A model generated the notes under the pieces. It was given only the letters and a program-made list of their open reading frames with translations. It was not told the origin of the DNA and did no database searches. Below are positions 60,007 through 64,000 of a DNA stretch of 64,000 bases, one piece after another. The position numbers were made by a program, and so were the translations under genes. Numbering within the stretch: position 1 is the first letter of the stretch; every line of letters starts with the position of its first letter. The stretch is from Gammaproteobacteria bacterium. Its GTDB lineage: Bacteria; Pseudomonadota; Gammaproteobacteria; Ga0077536. The stretch is from NCBI GenBank assembly GCA_963662545.2, contig CAXXLL010000002.1, forward strand, positions 1,056,001 through 1,120,000, written 5' to 3'.

Positions 60007-60280
60007 GCAGGTTTCTTTTTTGGCTCACCATGTCCGCAGTTGGCCGGTTGCTGCCGAAATCGTCACTGCGAAGTTTGACTGGAATGCCTTCATTAGCGGA
60101 CATCAATTCACGTGTTGGAACTGTCCGAGCAAGTTTGAACTCCGCTTTTAGTCTGTCAGATCGAGTCTGAATTTTAAAAATCAGGGGGATCGCGGTGATG
60201 GAGGTCCGCAGGCTTTCGAGCGGTATTCAAGCTTCGCGCGCAAGCGGGCGAACCTGAATACCCAATTTCGGATTGCGCCG

Positions 60281-60886
60281 CTAAATCCGCTCGGCGCGTA
60301 CTATCCACAGGGGATCGGCATTCGCCGGTGAACGATCGAGCGCCTCAGGCATGTCGAAACTGCCCGCGCGACGAACGTACTCGGCGACGAGGCGCATGCG
60401 CTCGTCCGTGCCGGATGTGTGAAACGCGCGAATGGCCTTCGTGTGGAAACAGCGATGCGACATGCTCACGACGACCTGCCCGCCGGGGCGCAGGACGCGG
60501 GCTATGTCGGCAAAAACATCCAGGGGACGGATTAGGTATTGGATCGACACCGCGATAAACACGAAGTCGAAGCGCGCAGCATCCCATGGCAGTGAGGGAT
60601 CGTGATTTAAATCGTGGACGACTTGTTCTCCCAGCCGTGGATTGCCGTCCAGTTCCGCCGCGTTCATGCCGAGGCCCGCGACGTGTCCGAGTTCCGGTTC
60701 TTCGGGCAGATGCGAAACCCAGGACGACATGAGATCGAGCACGTCGGCACCGCTGAATAAGATCTCGCTATAAAAAGAAGTGAGCGCAGCGATGGTGGCG
60801 TCATCGATGTGCGTTACGAAGCGGGGCTGGATGTAAAACAGTGCATCGGGCGTTTCGTCGAGTCGCTCGAACATCGTCGGCGACAT
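60281..60886 (-). CDS. SAM-dependent methyltransferase family protein
   Basis: PRFVTHIDD, VLDLMSSWVSHLP, GLGMNAAEL..NPRL, VSIQYL. Confidence 0.9.
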   Translation of the reverse strand: MSPTMFERLDETPDALFYIQPRFVTHIDDATIAALTSFYSEILFSGADVLDLMSSWVSHLPEEPELGHVAGLGMNAAELDGNPRLGEQVVHDLNHDPSLPWDAARFDFVFIAVSIQYLIRPLDVFADIARVLRPGGQVVVSMSHRCFHTKAIRAFHTSGTDERMRLVAEYVRRAGSFDMPEALDRSPANADPLWIVRAERI

Positions 60887-61139
60887 TGGCGTTCCACCTC
60901 GGCGCGTCAATGAATTCGTGCATCGCAACCGCGCGGTCACGGCGGATATCGCACTGCATCCAACGCGAGCTGCGCGGGGACTTCATTGCCAGATCTATTG
61001 CGCCAAGATCGATCGGTTGAACTATCGGGCCCGCAGCCAGTAGCGCGGTTGTGAAAGTTGTTGACGTGGACTCTACGGTCGCTGTTCACTCGATAGCTGA
61101 TGTGGACATCATTTATTGAAATTACCGTTCTGTATGATG

Positions 61140-61721
61140 TTACGGTAGGCACGGCTTTTGCGGCCCGCTCTTCTGCTGTTCGCTCTCGATTTCTTGTACA
61201 AGGGTTGCATAGGCGCCCGCCGAGATGAGTCTACGAGCTTCTTCGACGAATGATCGGCAATCACTAAGCCTTTGCGGGGTCCTGTGGACACGGGGCGTTT
61301 GCTCGAGAAAATTCGCCATCTCAATTTCAATGAGTGCTTGAAGCACCTCCACTTGGATCGTTATTAGGCGCCCGTGGCGTTCATCCCTTACACGAATCGG
61401 GCGTTTGTTGATGTTCGTTTGAAACGTTCTGCGGTCGCAAACGCAGAACAGGTAAGCGAGATCTTCAGAGGTGGAGCCGATTACGCGGCGAACCTTCGAT
61501 CTCTGCTCCAATTCCGCCGAAGCGACACGGAAGCTTCGCGTACCGTAAATACTATGGAAAAGGCCGGCGACGCACGTCTCCGTGGGATTTCCCCACGACG
61601 CAAGAATGTCGTGCGTCTGAATCAAATGACGCACCAATACGTCGCCGGAGTGCGGATTCGTATCTGCACCGAACTCCTTAAGAAGCTCTAGATACTCTTC
61701 ACTGATCATCGAACGTGCCAT
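61140..61721 (-). CDS. DUF6817-like (HD-fold-like) protein
   Basis: PHSG..L.RHL..T..IL..WG, AGLFHSIYGT. Confidence 0.78.
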   Translation of the reverse strand: MARSMISEEYLELLKEFGADTNPHSGDVLVRHLIQTHDILASWGNPTETCVAGLFHSIYGTRSFRVASAELEQRSKVRRVIGSTSEDLAYLFCVCDRRTFQTNINKRPIRVRDERHGRLITIQVEVLQALIEIEMANFLEQTPRVHRTPQRLSDCRSFVEEARRLISAGAYATLVQEIESEQQKSGPQKPCLP

Positions 61722-61802
61722 GGCGACGACGACTCTGATGCCTCACCGAAAGTATTGACCGAGGGCGTAACGCTGACCTACTCGCCAAGAACGGCTCCGA
61801 CG

Positions 61803-61931
61803 GTACTGTCAAGTTAACTGATTTCATGGAGATTTCACTGACCGTGACGCCACCTAAGTTGCTGATTCGTGGTCCTGGCTAGAATAAATTTTGCTTCGAA
61901 AATGAGCAAATTCTAGTTAACTTGACAGTAC
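61803..61931. repeat. 129-bp element bounded by perfect 17-bp inverted repeats (MITE-like)
   Basis: GTACTGTCAAGTTAACT (61803-61819) / AGTTAACTTGACAGTAC (61915-61931), AT-rich interior. Confidence 0.7.
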
Positions 61932-61960
61932 GCTTACTCATGATCGGGATCAATTATCCT

Positions 61961-63004
61961 TCAGGTTGCGAGCAGGTCGCGGAGGTTGTCGTCGATCGCC
62001 TGCTTGTCTTTTTCGTCCATGCAGAACATCGTGAAATGGGCCCACAGCGAATCGATCAGCCGGTACTCACAATCCGGAATCAAGTCGGCTTCCGCCTTGC
62101 AGTCCGCCGGCGGAAAAAACATGTCGTTGCCGAATGGCATGACAAAGGTCCGGGCCTTGATGCGCCCGAGGGCGGCGGCGAGGTCCCCGTCGGTATGCAG
62201 GCTTACGTCGCCGTGTCGCCACTTCCATGCCATGCAGATGAGGTTGTTCGGATCCATGGGCGCGAAATAGGCCTCCCAGAACCCCGTGACGAATTCGTCG
62301 AGGGTCGAGAAATCGAGGCCGCGCCACACTTCTTGTCTGTAGAACTCGGGGCAAAGCCCCATCACCGACCAGATCTCGGCGTGCCGGCGCAAGCCGAGGT
62401 GGACCGCGTTGGGTTCGGTATAGAACCCGCCGTTCCAGGCCGGGTCGGATTTGATCGTGTTCTCGTGGGCGCGCACGAACAGGTAGTCGTGCGGCGTTGT
62501 CTTGGCGGTGCCGGCGAAGGGCGCGGCCCGCTTTACCATGTCGGGGTAGCGCACCGCCCATTCGTAGGTCTGTTCCGCACCCATCGACCATCCGAGTACC
62601 AGTTGTAACTCGGAGATCCCGAACACCTCGGTTACCAGGCGATGCTGGGCCTGGACGTCGTCGCCGATCATGACGTTCGGAAACGCACCCATGTTGTGCG
62701 GCGGTGGCGTGTTGCTCGGTGAGGACGAAAAGCCGTTGCCGAACTGGCCCGGCAGGATAATGAAATACTTCGAAGGATCCAGCGCACGACCTTCGCCGAT
62801 GAAGATCTCCATCGACTTCGACGTGCCGGACCACATATGCGGAAAGAGGATCGCGTTGTCCTTGGCTTCATTCAGTGTGCCGTGGGTGCGATAGGCGAGC
62901 CGGGCGTGCTGGAGGGTTTCACCCTGAATCAGGGAGAGGTCTCCGAGTTCGAGGTATTTATGCGGACCCAGCGTGTCTTCCGAGTAATAGGCATTGTCGA
63001 TCAT
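61961..63004 (-). CDS. Homoserine O-acetyltransferase-like alpha/beta hydrolase
   Basis: RLAYRTHGTLNEAKDNAIL, GNGFSSSPSN, GWSMGA, DMFFP, WAH. Confidence 0.88.
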   Translation of the reverse strand: MIDNAYYSEDTLGPHKYLELGDLSLIQGETLQHARLAYRTHGTLNEAKDNAILFPHMWSGTSKSMEIFIGEGRALDPSKYFIILPGQFGNGFSSSPSNTPPPHNMGAFPNVMIGDDVQAQHRLVTEVFGISELQLVLGWSMGAEQTYEWAVRYPDMVKRAAPFAGTAKTTPHDYLFVRAHENTIKSDPAWNGGFYTEPNAVHLGLRRHAEIWSVMGLCPEFYRQEVWRGLDFSTLDEFVTGFWEAYFAPMDPNNLICMAWKWRHGDVSLHTDGDLAAALGRIKARTFVMPFGNDMFFPPADCKAEADLIPDCEYRLIDSLWAHFTMFCMDEKDKQAIDDNLRDLLAT

Positions 63005-63205
63005 GATCTTTCCTCCAAACTTGTCATTAGCGTTGTTCTCTTCTGACGTACATCCGGGGCGTGTCGACTACGAAAATACGGTTGATAAGAAATTATCAGG
63101 AACGCTCGTATCGAACTCGATTCGTCTCCGCGCATCGAAGCGCATTGCACGTCCCGATACGGTGTTGCTATTTTTGGGTATACAGTACCCTAAGGGAGGT
63201 CGATT

Positions 63206-64000
63206 ATGGCAGTCCGAGTAGAGAAAAGCGGTGCGGTCACCACCGTCATTCACAGCCGGCCGGAAGTGCGCAACGCGATGGATCCGGAGAGCGCTGATGC
63301 ACTAAACGAAGCCTTTTTGGCTTTCGAGGGAGATCCCGAGTCCAGTGTCGCCGTCTTCTGGGGCGAGGGCGGTGCTTTCTGCGCGGGGTGGGACTTGAAA
63401 TTCGCGAGTATGCTGGAGGGGCGGGAGCATCCCCTTGAAGATCTGGATTTTCCGGTGGGCGACGGCGCGATCCCGCGCGGCCCGATGGGCCCGAGCCGGC
63501 TCAACCTGTCGAAACCCGTGATCGCGGCGGTGGCGGGGCCGGCCGTTGCCGGGGGGTTCGAGCTCGCGCTGTGGTGCGACATTCGGATCATGGAAGAGAG
63601 CGCCTACTTCGGCGTTTATTGCAGGCGCTGGGGGATCCCCTTGATCGACGGCGGCACCGTGCGCCTGCCGCGCCTGGTGGGGCAGGGACGCGCGCTGGAA
63701 ATCATCCTGACAGGGAGAAAGGTTCCGGCGGATGAAGCGCTGCGGATCGGCGCCTGCGAGAAGGTCGTTGCCGATGGGACGGCGCGCGAAGCGGCGGAAG
63801 AGATGGCGCTCGCGATCGCGCGGTTTCCCCAGGTTTGCATGCGCGCGGACCGACGTTCGGTTCATTTGCAGCATGGCCTTTCGTTGGGCGAGGCGCTCCG
63901 CAGTGAATGGACCACGAGCGTCGGCGTCGTCGCCAGCGAAGGTGTTGCCGGTGCGACGCGTTTCAGCGGCGGCAAGGGCCGGCACGGCGATTTCGGGGAT
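63206..64000 (+). CDS. Enoyl-CoA hydratase family protein (runs off the window end; missing from the ORF track)
   Basis: AAGGGAGG RBS, MAVRVEKSGAVTTVIHSRPEVRNAMD, AFCAGWD, KPVIAAVAGPAVAGG, CRRWGIPLIDGG. Confidence 0.9.
   Translation, partial: MAVRVEKSGAVTTVIHSRPEVRNAMDPESADALNEAFLAFEGDPESSVAVFWGEGGAFCAGWDLKFASMLEGREHPLEDLDFPVGDGAIPRGPMGPSRLNLSKPVIAAVAGPAVAGGFELALWCDIRIMEESAYFGVYCRRWGIPLIDGGTVRLPRLVGQGRALEIILTGRKVPADEALRIGACEKVVADGTAREAAEEMALAIARFPQVCMRADRRSVHLQHGLSLGEALRSEWTTSVGVVASEGVAGATRFSGGKGRHGDFGD

Noticed and set aside
61961-63004. Naming this gene metX
   Set aside because: The fold and family match, but the motifs (PHMWSG, GWSMGA) differ from canonical MetX, so its specificity is unsupported.
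63302-63985. 227-aa minus-strand ORF
   Set aside because: Shadow of the plus-strand crotonase starting at 63206, which the ORF track missed because it has no stop in the window.
1-64000. rRNA, tRNA, prophage or recognisable defence-system genes
   Set aside because: None recognised by inspection. Covariance-model searches were not possible.

Overview
GC-rich bacterial DNA, probably from an uncultured proteobacterium (Gammaproteobacteria-like; this is an inference from gene content). Most of it encodes catabolic and redox enzymes: four crotonases, SDRs, LLM/F420-type oxidoreductases, alpha/beta hydrolases, a PQQ dehydrogenase with an MxaJ/XoxJ-like partner, a VAO/PCMH-type flavocytochrome cluster and two near-identical DUF1329 paralogs. 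Mobile DNA is abundant. An IS66 (1759-5506) splits a sensor kinase and is itself split by an ISL3 (3902-5286). There is also an IS1182, an IS91/ISCR remnant, at least four kinds of 130-165 bp MITE-like elements and GTAG REPs. Two observations stand out. (1) An array at about 52.8-60.1 kb holds unrelated, co-oriented single genes separated by a conserved ~133-bp non-attC repeat made of three palindromic sub-sites. The IS1182 sits inside one repeat, and an IS91/ISCR remnant with oriIS-like ends lies alongside. This may be an integron-like gene-cassette system. (2) An orphan Tat-leader protein (35739-36536) has all 29 post-leader histidines in His-x-Asp motifs and is preceded by an inverted-repeat-bounded promoter region. 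It is a candidate RiPP precursor or metal-binding protein. No rRNA, tRNA or CRISPR array was recognised. All family assignments come from motif recognition by eye, not database searches.
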